In this document: piece by piece, positions 16,758-24,688 of the stretch
Numbering within the stretch: the stretch's first letter is position 1
Layout of the letters: the number at the start of each line of letters is the position of its first letter
NCBI GenBank assembly: GCA_036505135.1
Contig: DASXTZ010000018.1
Coordinates: 1 to 30,628 of the forward strand
Source: Ignavibacteria bacterium
GTDB lineage: Bacteria; Bacteroidota; Ignavibacteria; Tepidaquicellales; OLB5
Direction of reading: 5' to 3'
DNA length: 30,628 bases
Position numbers and translations under genes: made by a program
Notes under the pieces: generated by a model
What the model was told of the DNA's origin: nothing
Database searches by the model: none
What the model saw: only the letters and a program-made list of their open reading frames with translations

Positions 16758-16785
16758 AAAACCCGGTGCGGAGCCGGGTTTTTTT
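16758..16785 (+). terminator. Intrinsic terminator
   Basis: AAAACCCGG-TGCGGAG-CCGGGTTTTTTT. Confidence 0.85.
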
Positions 16786-16909
16786 ATTTCCTAACCTGAA
16801 TACTAAAACTTATTCTGGAGCCTAAATTTAATTTATTAGCCCTGTGAAGGTGGGAGAGAACGATTTTCCGATGTCACAATCTAAACAAACGTATTATTTT
16901 TTCATTTAT

Positions 16910-16935
16910 GAGACCCTTCGCTGCGCTCAGGGGTA
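16910..16935 (-). repeat. REP-like element, family A
   Basis: GAGACCCTTCGCTGCGCTCAGGGGTA, nearly identical to 21395-21420. Confidence 0.8.
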
Positions 16936-16943
16936 AAAAAACA

Positions 16944-17450
16944 TCACATTCCTTTCAAATATTCAATTATCTCTTTATAATTCTCGTTAACGTCAACATT
17001 TGGATATATTTTCTTTATAATTCCGTTTTTATCTATGATGAATGTAACCCTGTTAGCCAAACCGCTTTCTCTTAAGCCGCTATATTGGGTTGAAACAATT
17101 TTTGAAGGGTCAGCAAGTAAGGTATAGTTTAAATTATATTCTTCTTTAAACTTTTTATGAGAATCAGCGTCATCTACACTAACACCAAGCACAACAGCAT
17201 TATTCTGCTGTATTTCCGATATATTATCTCTGAAATTACATGCCTGCTTTGTACAACCCGAGGTAAAATCTTTGGGATAGAAATACAGCACTACATTTGA
17301 CCCGTTTTTGTAATCCGAAAGATTAATCCACTTACCCTCATCCGATTGCAGCGAAAAATCGGGCGCTTTATCACCTTCTTTCAATTCTGTTTGAGAATTC
17401 GCCATGTTCATCGTTATTAATAATAAAGTTAAAAAAAATATTTTTTTCAT
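16944..17450 (-). CDS. bcp: Peroxiredoxin Bcp/PrxQ with a predicted signal peptide
   Basis: YFYPKDFTSGCTKQAC (peroxidatic and resolving Cys), GVSVD, RVTFIID; N-terminal MKKIFFLTLLLITMNMANS/Q. Confidence 0.92.
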   Translation of the reverse strand: MKKIFFLTLLLITMNMANSQTELKEGDKAPDFSLQSDEGKWINLSDYKNGSNVVLYFYPKDFTSGCTKQACNFRDNISEIQQNNAVVLGVSVDDADSHKKFKEEYNLNYTLLADPSKIVSTQYSGLRESGLANRVTFIIDKNGIIKKIYPNVDVNENYKEIIEYLKGM

Positions 17451-17522
17451 TACTATTTATTAAATATTTTTTAAGAAGTTATATATTTATATTGAGCTTA
17501 TACAAATCTAAACCTCAGGCAT

Positions 17523-20030
17523 ATGAAAAAAAATCCACTTCCTGCAATATTACTTATTATATACATAACACATAATATATACTCTCAGGATTTCAACCTA
17601 TTCAATCCATCAAATGAAATGTATTTATTTTCTGCATATGATGAAGGGGCAAATGGTTTCAGATATAATCCGGCTGTATTGGGACTAAGGCACAGGCTTA
17701 ATATTACGATAAGTACATTTTTAGAAAATTATAGAGGTGGTGTTTATACTAATGAAGGAGATATTAGCCTCAATACCGGAATGTTAGGTGTGGCTTACCG
17801 GTATTCTCATCCTAATTTTAATCTGGACCTGAACTCATTTTTTATTGGGTTAGGTATTGGCAATAAAACTTTATGCGGGGGGCTTCTTTTTGAAACTAAT
17901 ACTTTACCTGATTATGGAGCTTATTCGAATTTTCAGCGCGAAACGAAAGCAAAAAATCGGTTTACATTTGGAATTCTATTAAGACCATTTGATTTTTTAT
18001 CAACTGCATTGGTTGTAAAAACTCCTGCGGCATTACGTCCTGACCAGAAAACAGCTGTTAAGTATACTTTTGGTTCTGCAATCAGGCTGTTAAGGAATGA
18101 CCTTCTTACTTTGCTTTTAGATTTCAGCGTTCTGCCATTTTATTCTGAAATCTTTGATCGAAACCAGTTAAAAATGGGAATAGATGTAAAAGTACGGAAC
18201 GGAATATATTTGAATGGGAACTATACATTACTTAATGCACCGCAAAACAGTACATTTATTAATTTTGGGTTGAAATTTGATTTGCCCCATACATCCATAA
18301 GGTATAATAACACATTTACAAGATTTGGACCAAACGGTTTTTATAATGAGAATCTTCCTTATAAGTCGCAGGGGAACCATATTTCTCTCTCATATTCACT
18401 TGAAAAAAAAGAGAGCCTTGTTCCTGAACCAAAAAAAATAGTTGAAATAACGCTTTCCGGTTCGCTGCAGGATTTTAATACCGAAGATGTTTTCTTCGGA
18501 CTATTAGGAAGCGGCAAACGAAGCGTTCACGAAGTTATTGCAGATATTGATTATGCCGCAGCAGACCCGTCCGTCAGGGGATTGCTTCTTAAAATTTATC
18601 CTCTTTCAACAGGAAGATTTGAAGTGAGCGCAGCAGTAGAAGAGCTTACAGCGGCATTAGAACGCTTTAAGAAAAAAGGAAAACACATAACTGCCTACAT
18701 TGCTCAGGATGCAGGTCCGGGAGAATATTACGTTGCTACTTTTGCTAATGATATAGTTCTTCCCGCTGATGCCCTGTTCTTTTATGGACTAAGTATTGAA
18801 ATATTCAACTACAAACAGTTCCTGCAGAAATATGGTATCGAGCTTCAGAACTTTTATGCAGGTGAATACAAGCTTGTATTCCAGGGAATCCTTGATTCAA
18901 CAACTGAAAAGGGAAAAGAAGTGATAAACAGAATTCTCGATGTTGTATATGATAAAATGATGAGCCGCATAGTCACATCAAGAAATTTAACACTTGATGA
19001 CTATCTGCGTGATAAGCTCTCCAAACCGCTTACCGGAAAAGAGGCCGAAAGGCTTCGGCTTGTTGATATAAACGGCTGGTACGAAGACGCGAAAGAAATA
19101 GCCCAGAAAAATGGAAAAACTGAAAATATAGTAAAATCATTGAATAGAAGCGCATGGGATAACAGCTGGGGCGAACCGGAACAAATCGCAATAATTGGAG
19201 TATACGGAACTATAAAACCGGGTGAAAGCGAAGCGCCATCTCCAATTATTCTGCCGATACCGTATATAAGTGGAGGTAGGTCAACTGGGTCGGAAACCGT
19301 GATAAGACAATTGGAAAATGCTTTTTCAAATGCCCATGTAAAAGCAGTTATATTAAGAGTTGATTCAGGCGGAGGCTCAGCACTCGCCTCATCGGAGATC
19401 AATGACGCAATAATTAGATTGAAGAAAAAGTATAAGAAACCACTGATTGTTTCAATGGGAAATTATGCAGCATCAGGCGGCTACGAAGTTTCTGTAAATG
19501 CCGATAAAATTTTCGCTGATGATCTTACCGTTACAGGAAGTATAGGTGTATGGGCTTCAAGGCCAAATGTAGATAGCTTAATGAAAGATCAGAAAATCGA
19601 AGTAGAAATTTTCAAAAGAGGCGAAGATTCAGATATTGGTTCTTTTTTCCGCAAGCTTGATACAGAAGATGTTGAAACAATTCAGGGTATAATAGATTTT
19701 TATTATGATAGGTTTATTGAAGCAGTTGCCGATGGCAGAAAGCTTTCAAAACAAGAGGCTGAAGAAGTGGCCAAAGGAAGAGTTTGGCTAGGAACGGACG
19801 CCTTCAATAAAAAACTGGTTGATGAAATAGGGGGTTTATATCAGGCGATTATTTATGCAAAGAAAAAAACTAATATGGGTAAAAGATATAAGCTGGTTTA
19901 TTACGCTGTTCCCGGCGGAAACACTATTAATGAATTAGTTTCCAAATCAATTGTGCAGTATATTCAAACAAATCTGCTGGAGCTCATTGGGTTTGATGAA
20001 GAAAATCAGGATTTAGAAATTAAATATTGA
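17523..20030 (+). CDS. sppA: Signal peptide peptidase SppA (tandem S49 domains) with a large extra N-terminal domain
   Basis: AGEYK (Lys), LRVDSGGGS, YAASGGY (Ser), VTGSIGV, GRVWLG, LVDEIGGL; about 300 extra N-terminal residues. Confidence 0.88.
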   Translation: MKKNPLPAILLIIYITHNIYSQDFNLFNPSNEMYLFSAYDEGANGFRYNPAVLGLRHRLNITISTFLENYRGGVYTNEGDISLNTGMLGVAYRYSHPNFNLDLNSFFIGLGIGNKTLCGGLLFETNTLPDYGAYSNFQRETKAKNRFTFGILLRPFDFLSTALVVKTPAALRPDQKTAVKYTFGSAIRLLRNDLLTLLLDFSVLPFYSEIFDRNQLKMGIDVKVRNGIYLNGNYTLLNAPQNSTFINFGLKFDLPHTSIRYNNTFTRFGPNGFYNENLPYKSQGNHISLSYSLEKKESLVPEPKKIVEITLSGSLQDFNTEDVFFGLLGSGKRSVHEVIADIDYAAADPSVRGLLLKIYPLSTGRFEVSAAVEELTAALERFKKKGKHITAYIAQDAGPGEYYVATFANDIVLPADALFFYGLSIEIFNYKQFLQKYGIELQNFYAGEYKLVFQGILDSTTEKGKEVINRILDVVYDKMMSRIVTSRNLTLDDYLRDKLSKPLTGKEAERLRLVDINGWYEDAKEIAQKNGKTENIVKSLNRSAWDNSWGEPEQIAIIGVYGTIKPGESEAPSPIILPIPYISGGRSTGSETVIRQLENAFSNAHVKAVILRVDSGGGSALASSEINDAIIRLKKKYKKPLIVSMGNYAASGGYEVSVNADKIFADDLTVTGSIGVWASRPNVDSLMKDQKIEVEIFKRGEDSDIGSFFRKLDTEDVETIQGIIDFYYDRFIEAVADGRKLSKQEAEEVAKGRVWLGTDAFNKKLVDEIGGLYQAIIYAKKKTNMGKRYKLVYYAVPGGNTINELVSKSIVQYIQTNLLELIGFDEENQDLEIKY

Positions 20031-20033
20031 ATA

Positions 20034-21335
20034 TTGTTAAAACAAATTTTTTATAGTATAATTTTTTTAGCCTTAAGCATTTCAGTATTCTCCCAAACGA
20101 AATACAAAAATGTATTGATAAGCGATATTGATGAGCCTAATGAAGTTATCATCGCAGTAAATCCACATGATAATGACCACCTTGTTGCGGCAGCAAATCT
20201 TGACGGATTTTATTACTCACTTGATAAAGGCACAAACTGGCAAACAAGACGGTTAGTCAGCTCAGAATATGGCGTATGGGGCGATCCATGCCTGGTATTT
20301 GATGCGCGCGGCTGGTTATACTATTTCCATCTTGCAAGCAACACTAAGTACTGGTATGATAGAATTGTATGCCAGAAATCTTATGATGGGGGAATCAGCT
20401 GGGAAGAAAACGGCTCCTCTATTGGTAATAATCCTCCCCACCTTCAGGATAAAGAATGGGCTGCATGCGATATTACATATTCTCCATTCAGAAATAACTT
20501 ATATGTTGTTTGGACACAATGCGGACAGGAATATTATAATAATGATCTTGCCTCGCGTAATCCTGATGATTCATACGGTTCAAATATATTGTTCTCACAT
20601 TCAACCGATGGGGGGTATTCGTGGAGTAATATGAAAAGGCTAAATGATAAAAGCGGATCATTCTGTACAAATGTAGATAGCACAGTTCTTGGAGCAACAG
20701 TTTGTGTAGATGTTAATGCCGAAGTATATGTAACATGGGCAGGTCCTTTCGGGCTGATGTTTGACCGTTCAACCGATGCAGGAACAACCTGGCTAAATAA
20801 TGATGTAACCGCAGCCGACTTGCCTTCGTTTAAGCTTAATGTTCCGGGAATCTACAGGTGCTTCGGATTTCCTTCTATGGCTTGCGACCATAGTTACAGT
20901 GCCAGCCATGGGGCTATTTATCTAAGCTGGACAGATCAGAGAAACGGGTTAGAAAATACAGATGTATGGATTGTCAAATCTGTAAATGACGGCTTTACGT
21001 GGAGCGCACCCAAGCGTGTTAACGATGATATGACAAAAAAACATCAGTTTTTCAGCTGGATGACCGTTGACCAGTCAAACGGAAATATTTACGTTGTGTT
21101 TTATGACCGGAGAAATTATGACGGTTTAGAAACTGATGTTTATCTTGCAAAATCAACCGATGGAGGAGAAACATTTGTTAATGAGCGCATAAGCCAGTCG
21201 TCTTTCGTTCCGGACCAGTCTATATTTTTTGGCGATTACATAAACATTGTCGCATCGGGCGGCATGGTGAGGCCTATATGGACTAGGCTTGAAAATTCAA
21301 AGCTTAGCATATGGACTGCAATAATTGATGAATAA
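20034..21335 (+). CDS. Asp-box beta-propeller protein (sialidase-like) without a T9SS CTD
   Basis: TTG start 3 nt after sppA; signal peptide VFS/Q; six Asp boxes; WGDPC, DKEW, FGDY; ends WTAIIDE. Confidence 0.85.
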   Translation: MLKQIFYSIIFLALSISVFSQTKYKNVLISDIDEPNEVIIAVNPHDNDHLVAAANLDGFYYSLDKGTNWQTRRLVSSEYGVWGDPCLVFDARGWLYYFHLASNTKYWYDRIVCQKSYDGGISWEENGSSIGNNPPHLQDKEWAACDITYSPFRNNLYVVWTQCGQEYYNNDLASRNPDDSYGSNILFSHSTDGGYSWSNMKRLNDKSGSFCTNVDSTVLGATVCVDVNAEVYVTWAGPFGLMFDRSTDAGTTWLNNDVTAADLPSFKLNVPGIYRCFGFPSMACDHSYSASHGAIYLSWTDQRNGLENTDVWIVKSVNDGFTWSAPKRVNDDMTKKHQFFSWMTVDQSNGNIYVVFYDRRNYDGLETDVYLAKSTDGGETFVNERISQSSFVPDQSIFFGDYINIVASGGMVRPIWTRLENSKLSIWTAIIDE

Positions 21336-21341
21336 AACCTA

Positions 21342-21376
21342 TTGCGGGACTCAGTCGACAGAATCGAAGCAATCCC
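21342..21376 (+). repeat. REP-like element, family B with a GTCGAC-centred palindromic core
   Basis: TTGCGG-GACTCAGTCGACAGAATC-GAAGCAATCCC. Confidence 0.65.
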
Positions 21377-21394
21377 ATTTTAACTTGCCTTAAT

Positions 21395-21420
21395 GAGACC
21401 CTTCGCTGTGCTCAGGGTTA
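21395..21420 (-). repeat. REP-like element, family A
   Basis: GAGACCCTTCGCTGTGCTCAGGGTTA. Confidence 0.8.
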
Positions 21421-21429
21421 AAAATTATC

Positions 21430-21458
21430 TTGAATACACATTTCTTTTAAAGTATTTT
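21430..21458 (+). promoter_or_regulatory. Candidate promoter for 21493-23145
   Basis: TTGAAT, 17-nt spacer, TATTTT. Confidence 0.4.
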
Positions 21459-21492
21459 TAAATACTTTATTGTTCATTTTAATGATTAATTT

Positions 21493-23145
21493 ATGAAAAC
21501 GTATATTATTGCAGCAGTAATTTTGATCTGCTCTTTTACACTATCTCAGTCACCCTACACAAATATCCAAATCAGCAATCAGTTTAGTCCCAATGAAGTA
21601 TCAATTTCTATCAACCCTAAAAACATCAACCAGCTTGTTGGCGGCGCTAACCTTGAAAGTTATTATTATTCAACTAATGGAGGTACAAACTGGACACGGG
21701 GGACCATGACAAACTCCTCCTGGGGCGTTTGGGGCGATCCTTGTATTATTGCGGATACCAATAATAATTTTTATTATTTCCATTTATCAAATACTCCCGG
21801 CCAGTGGATAGATAGAATTGTGTGCCAAAAATCGACTAACGGTGGAATGACATGGTCAAATCCGGGCAGTTACACATATGTGAACTGGCCGAGACAACAA
21901 GATAAGGAATGGGCCATTGTTGATTGGTCAAGGGGCTCAAGAGGAAATTGGATTTATTGTACCTGGACTCAATTTGACGATTATGGAAGCACTTTAACCA
22001 CTGATAGTTCTAACATTTTCTTTGCCCGTTCTACTGATGCCGGCATAACATGGACGGGGGTAACAAGAATAAATAAATTAGGAGGAAACTGCATTGATGA
22101 AGATTACACTGTTGAAGGTGCAGTTCCTGCTGTCGGGCCTGCCGGCCAGGTTTATGTTGCATGGGCCGGCCCGCAGGGCGTAAATAGTTTTAAAATTTTC
22201 TTTGATAAATCCACCGATGGCGGTAATACCTGGCTTGCTAACGATATCATTGCTGCAAATAATCCCGGCGGATGGGACCTTGGCTCCGGAAGTCCTTCAG
22301 GTTTGGGTGTATACGGCATTTATAGAGCAAACGGGATGCCCATTACCTGTTGTGACCTTAGCAATGGACCTTACAGAGGATATATTTATATAAACTACCT
22401 TGATAGTGCTGGAAATCATGATAGAGATGTAAAAATTGTTAAATCAACCGATGGCGGTAATACATGGAGCGCACCCATAAGAGTAAATAATGACCCTCCG
22501 GGCAAAGAACAATTTTTCACATGGATGACCATTGATATGGCTACCGGATATCTATATGTCGTTTTCTATGATAGAAGAAACTACGCCGATAACCAAACAG
22601 ACGTATTTATGGCTGTCTCTACAAACGGTGGAACAACATGGACTAATGAAAGAATCAGCGCCAGTGTATTTACTCCAGTTTATAGTCAATTTTTTGGGGA
22701 TTACATCTGCATTACGGCACATAACGGAAGAGTAAGACCTATATGGATGAGACGTGATAGCGGCGGAGGATTAAGTGTGTGGACTGCATTAATCGATTTC
22801 CCTGTTGGAATCCAGCAAACAAGTAATGAAATTCCTGAATCATTCCAGTTATATCAAAATTATCCCAACCCGTTTAATCCTTCAACACGAATCAAATTCG
22901 ACATTCCCCTCTCGAGAGGGATGTCCGAAGGACGGGGTGTGTATGTTGATTTAAAAATTTATAATCTGCTAGGCAAAGAAGTTGCTGCAATAGTTAATGA
23001 TGAATTAGCTCCAGGCACTTATGAATATGAATGGGATGCTTCAAACCTTTCCAGCGGTGTTTACTTTTATAAACTTGTAGTTAGCGAAGCGAATCTATCT
23101 GCTATTAGCTTTACCGATACAAAAAAACTTGTGTTAAGCAAGTAA
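21493..23145 (+). CDS. T9SS-secreted Asp-box beta-propeller protein (sialidase-like)
   Basis: Signal peptide TLS/Q; six Asp boxes; WGDPC, DKEW, FGDY; CTD QNYPNPFNPS carrying two insertions. Confidence 0.87.
   Translation: MKTYIIAAVILICSFTLSQSPYTNIQISNQFSPNEVSISINPKNINQLVGGANLESYYYSTNGGTNWTRGTMTNSSWGVWGDPCIIADTNNNFYYFHLSNTPGQWIDRIVCQKSTNGGMTWSNPGSYTYVNWPRQQDKEWAIVDWSRGSRGNWIYCTWTQFDDYGSTLTTDSSNIFFARSTDAGITWTGVTRINKLGGNCIDEDYTVEGAVPAVGPAGQVYVAWAGPQGVNSFKIFFDKSTDGGNTWLANDIIAANNPGGWDLGSGSPSGLGVYGIYRANGMPITCCDLSNGPYRGYIYINYLDSAGNHDRDVKIVKSTDGGNTWSAPIRVNNDPPGKEQFFTWMTIDMATGYLYVVFYDRRNYADNQTDVFMAVSTNGGTTWTNERISASVFTPVYSQFFGDYICITAHNGRVRPIWMRRDSGGGLSVWTALIDFPVGIQQTSNEIPESFQLYQNYPNPFNPSTRIKFDIPLSRGMSEGRGVYVDLKIYNLLGKEVAAIVNDELAPGTYEYEWDASNLSSGVYFYKLVVSEANLSAISFTDTKKLVLSK
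22906..22942 (+). repeat. Family C palindromic element in frame inside the T9SS CTD
   Basis: CCCCTCTCGAGAGGG-ATGTCCGAAGGAC-GGGGTGTGT, encoding PLSRGMSEGRGV. Confidence 0.8.
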
Positions 23146-23202
23146 CGTTAAAGTAACTCAAAAAAAAGAGGTCTTTGAGACTTCTATTTTCTGTTTTTAG
23201 TT

Positions 23203-23227
23203 AAGGGGAGCATAACTCCCCTTTTTT
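23203..23227 (+). terminator. Intrinsic terminator
   Basis: AAGGGGAG-CATAA-CTCCCCTT-TTTT. Confidence 0.85.
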
Positions 23228-23255
23228 GTCACCCGTGAGCGAAGCCAAGAGGCTC
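23228..23255 (+). repeat. Degenerate REP-like element, family A
   Basis: GTCACCCGTGAGCGAAGCCAAGAGGCTC. Confidence 0.55.
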
Positions 23256-23279
23256 ATACTTTGATATGCAGCGTGTATC

Positions 23280-23310
23280 TTTCTAATTTGGAATCGAATT
23301 ATTATCTTTG
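23280..23310 (+). promoter_or_regulatory. Candidate promoter for 23320-24603
   Basis: TTTCTA, 17-nt spacer, TATCTTTG; the TTG used as start by the ORF track is part of this box. Confidence 0.45.
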
Positions 23311-23319
23311 CAGGCACAA

Positions 23320-24603
23320 ATGATAAATCTTAAATTTCTTGTTGCCCTCCTTTTTATTCCATTAGTTTTTTTTGGGCAGTTTAAAAATATTAAGGTTAAC
23401 ACTTCGCAAAGCCAGGCCAATGAAGTTACTATTTTTATTAATCCTGCAAATCCGAATAATATAATTGGAGCAGCCAATCTCAACTTTTATTATTGGAGTA
23501 TTGATAAAGGATTAACCTGGACAGAAGGAAAGCTTGAATCAGAAACCTATGGCGTATGGGGAGACCCCTGCCTGGTTTTTGATCTTCAGGGAAATGCTTA
23601 CTATTTTCATTTATCTCGGCCATCTAAACAGCAGTGGATTGATAGAATAGTCTGCCAGAAATCAACCGATGGCGGCATGTCTTGGTCATCTCCGGGAACT
23701 TATACCGGCTTGAATCTCCCTAAGAAACAGGATAAGCAATGGGCATGTGTTGATTATACCGGCGGCCCGAAGAAAAATAATATTTATGCAACATGGACAC
23801 AGTTTGACGCTTACGGAAGCGCCGACCCTCTTGATAGCTCAAATATCATGTTCTCACTTTCAAGTGACGAAGGCTTAAACTGGTCAACCGCAAAAAGAAT
23901 TAATCAATTTGGGGGTGATTGCCGGGACTCTGATAACACAACAGAGGGCGCAGTGCCATGCGTTGGGCCAAACGGGGAAATATATGTCAGCTGGTCAGGG
24001 CCGCGCGGTATAATATTTGACCGCTCAACAGACGGCGGCAAGACATGGCTTGATAATGATATTTCTGTCAGCCCGCATATAATAGGCTGGGCTTATGATA
24101 TAGAGGGCATCTACAGATGCAATGGGATGCCTGTTACAGGATGTGATATCAGCAGCTCACAATACAAAGGAAATGTTTACATTAATTATTCCGATTCACG
24201 AATAGGAGATGAGGAAGATGTTGATGTTTTCGTCGTTAGGTCTACTGACGGCGGCACTTCGTGGAATGATCCTGTAAGAGTTAACAAAGATGCACAGGGG
24301 AATAAAAAACAGCAGTTCATGAACTGGATGTCTGTTGACCCGGTTACGGGCGCGGTAAATGTTTTATATTATGACAGGCGTGATTATAACGACACCAAAA
24401 CCGATGTATGCCTTGCCCGCTCAACAGATGGAGGCATATCTTTTACTGAATATAAAATTTCCGAAAAGCCATTTACTCCTTCCCAAAATGTTTTCTTTGG
24501 TGATTACATTAATGTTTGCTCATATAACAACCAGGTTGCCTGTATTTGGCAAAGAATGGATGAGGGGATTTTAAGCATTATATATTGCGGTATAGAGTTT
24601 TAA
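23320..24603 (+). CDS. Asp-box beta-propeller protein (sialidase-like) without a T9SS CTD
   Basis: ATG 23320 preferred over TTG 23308; signal peptide FFG/Q; six Asp boxes; WGDPC, DKQW, FGDY. Confidence 0.85.
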   Translation: MINLKFLVALLFIPLVFFGQFKNIKVNTSQSQANEVTIFINPANPNNIIGAANLNFYYWSIDKGLTWTEGKLESETYGVWGDPCLVFDLQGNAYYFHLSRPSKQQWIDRIVCQKSTDGGMSWSSPGTYTGLNLPKKQDKQWACVDYTGGPKKNNIYATWTQFDAYGSADPLDSSNIMFSLSSDEGLNWSTAKRINQFGGDCRDSDNTTEGAVPCVGPNGEIYVSWSGPRGIIFDRSTDGGKTWLDNDISVSPHIIGWAYDIEGIYRCNGMPVTGCDISSSQYKGNVYINYSDSRIGDEEDVDVFVVRSTDGGTSWNDPVRVNKDAQGNKKQQFMNWMSVDPVTGAVNVLYYDRRDYNDTKTDVCLARSTDGGISFTEYKISEKPFTPSQNVFFGDYINVCSYNNQVACIWQRMDEGILSIIYCGIEF

Positions 24604-24626
24604 GGTCAAAGAAATCCTTTTGACCT
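24603..24626 (+). terminator. Hairpin after the stop codon without a U-tail (weak terminator, stabiliser or operator)
   Basis: AGGTCAAA-GAAATCCT-TTTGACCT. Confidence 0.4.
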
Positions 24627-24688
24627 GTAATTAGAATATATATTTTTAAATAGAACCTTTACCGAAAATTTACTAAATTCGTATACAC

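Noticed and set aside
23308-23319. TTG start for the fourth Asp-box protein
   Set aside because: The TTG is part of a TATCTTTG promoter-like box; ATG 23320 gives a normal signal peptide.
15040-24440. Recurrent TCAACCGATGG/ACAGATGGCGG-like sequences suggesting a CRISPR or tandem array
   Set aside because: They encode the Asp-box STDGG motifs, are irregularly spaced and degenerate, and no cas genes are present.
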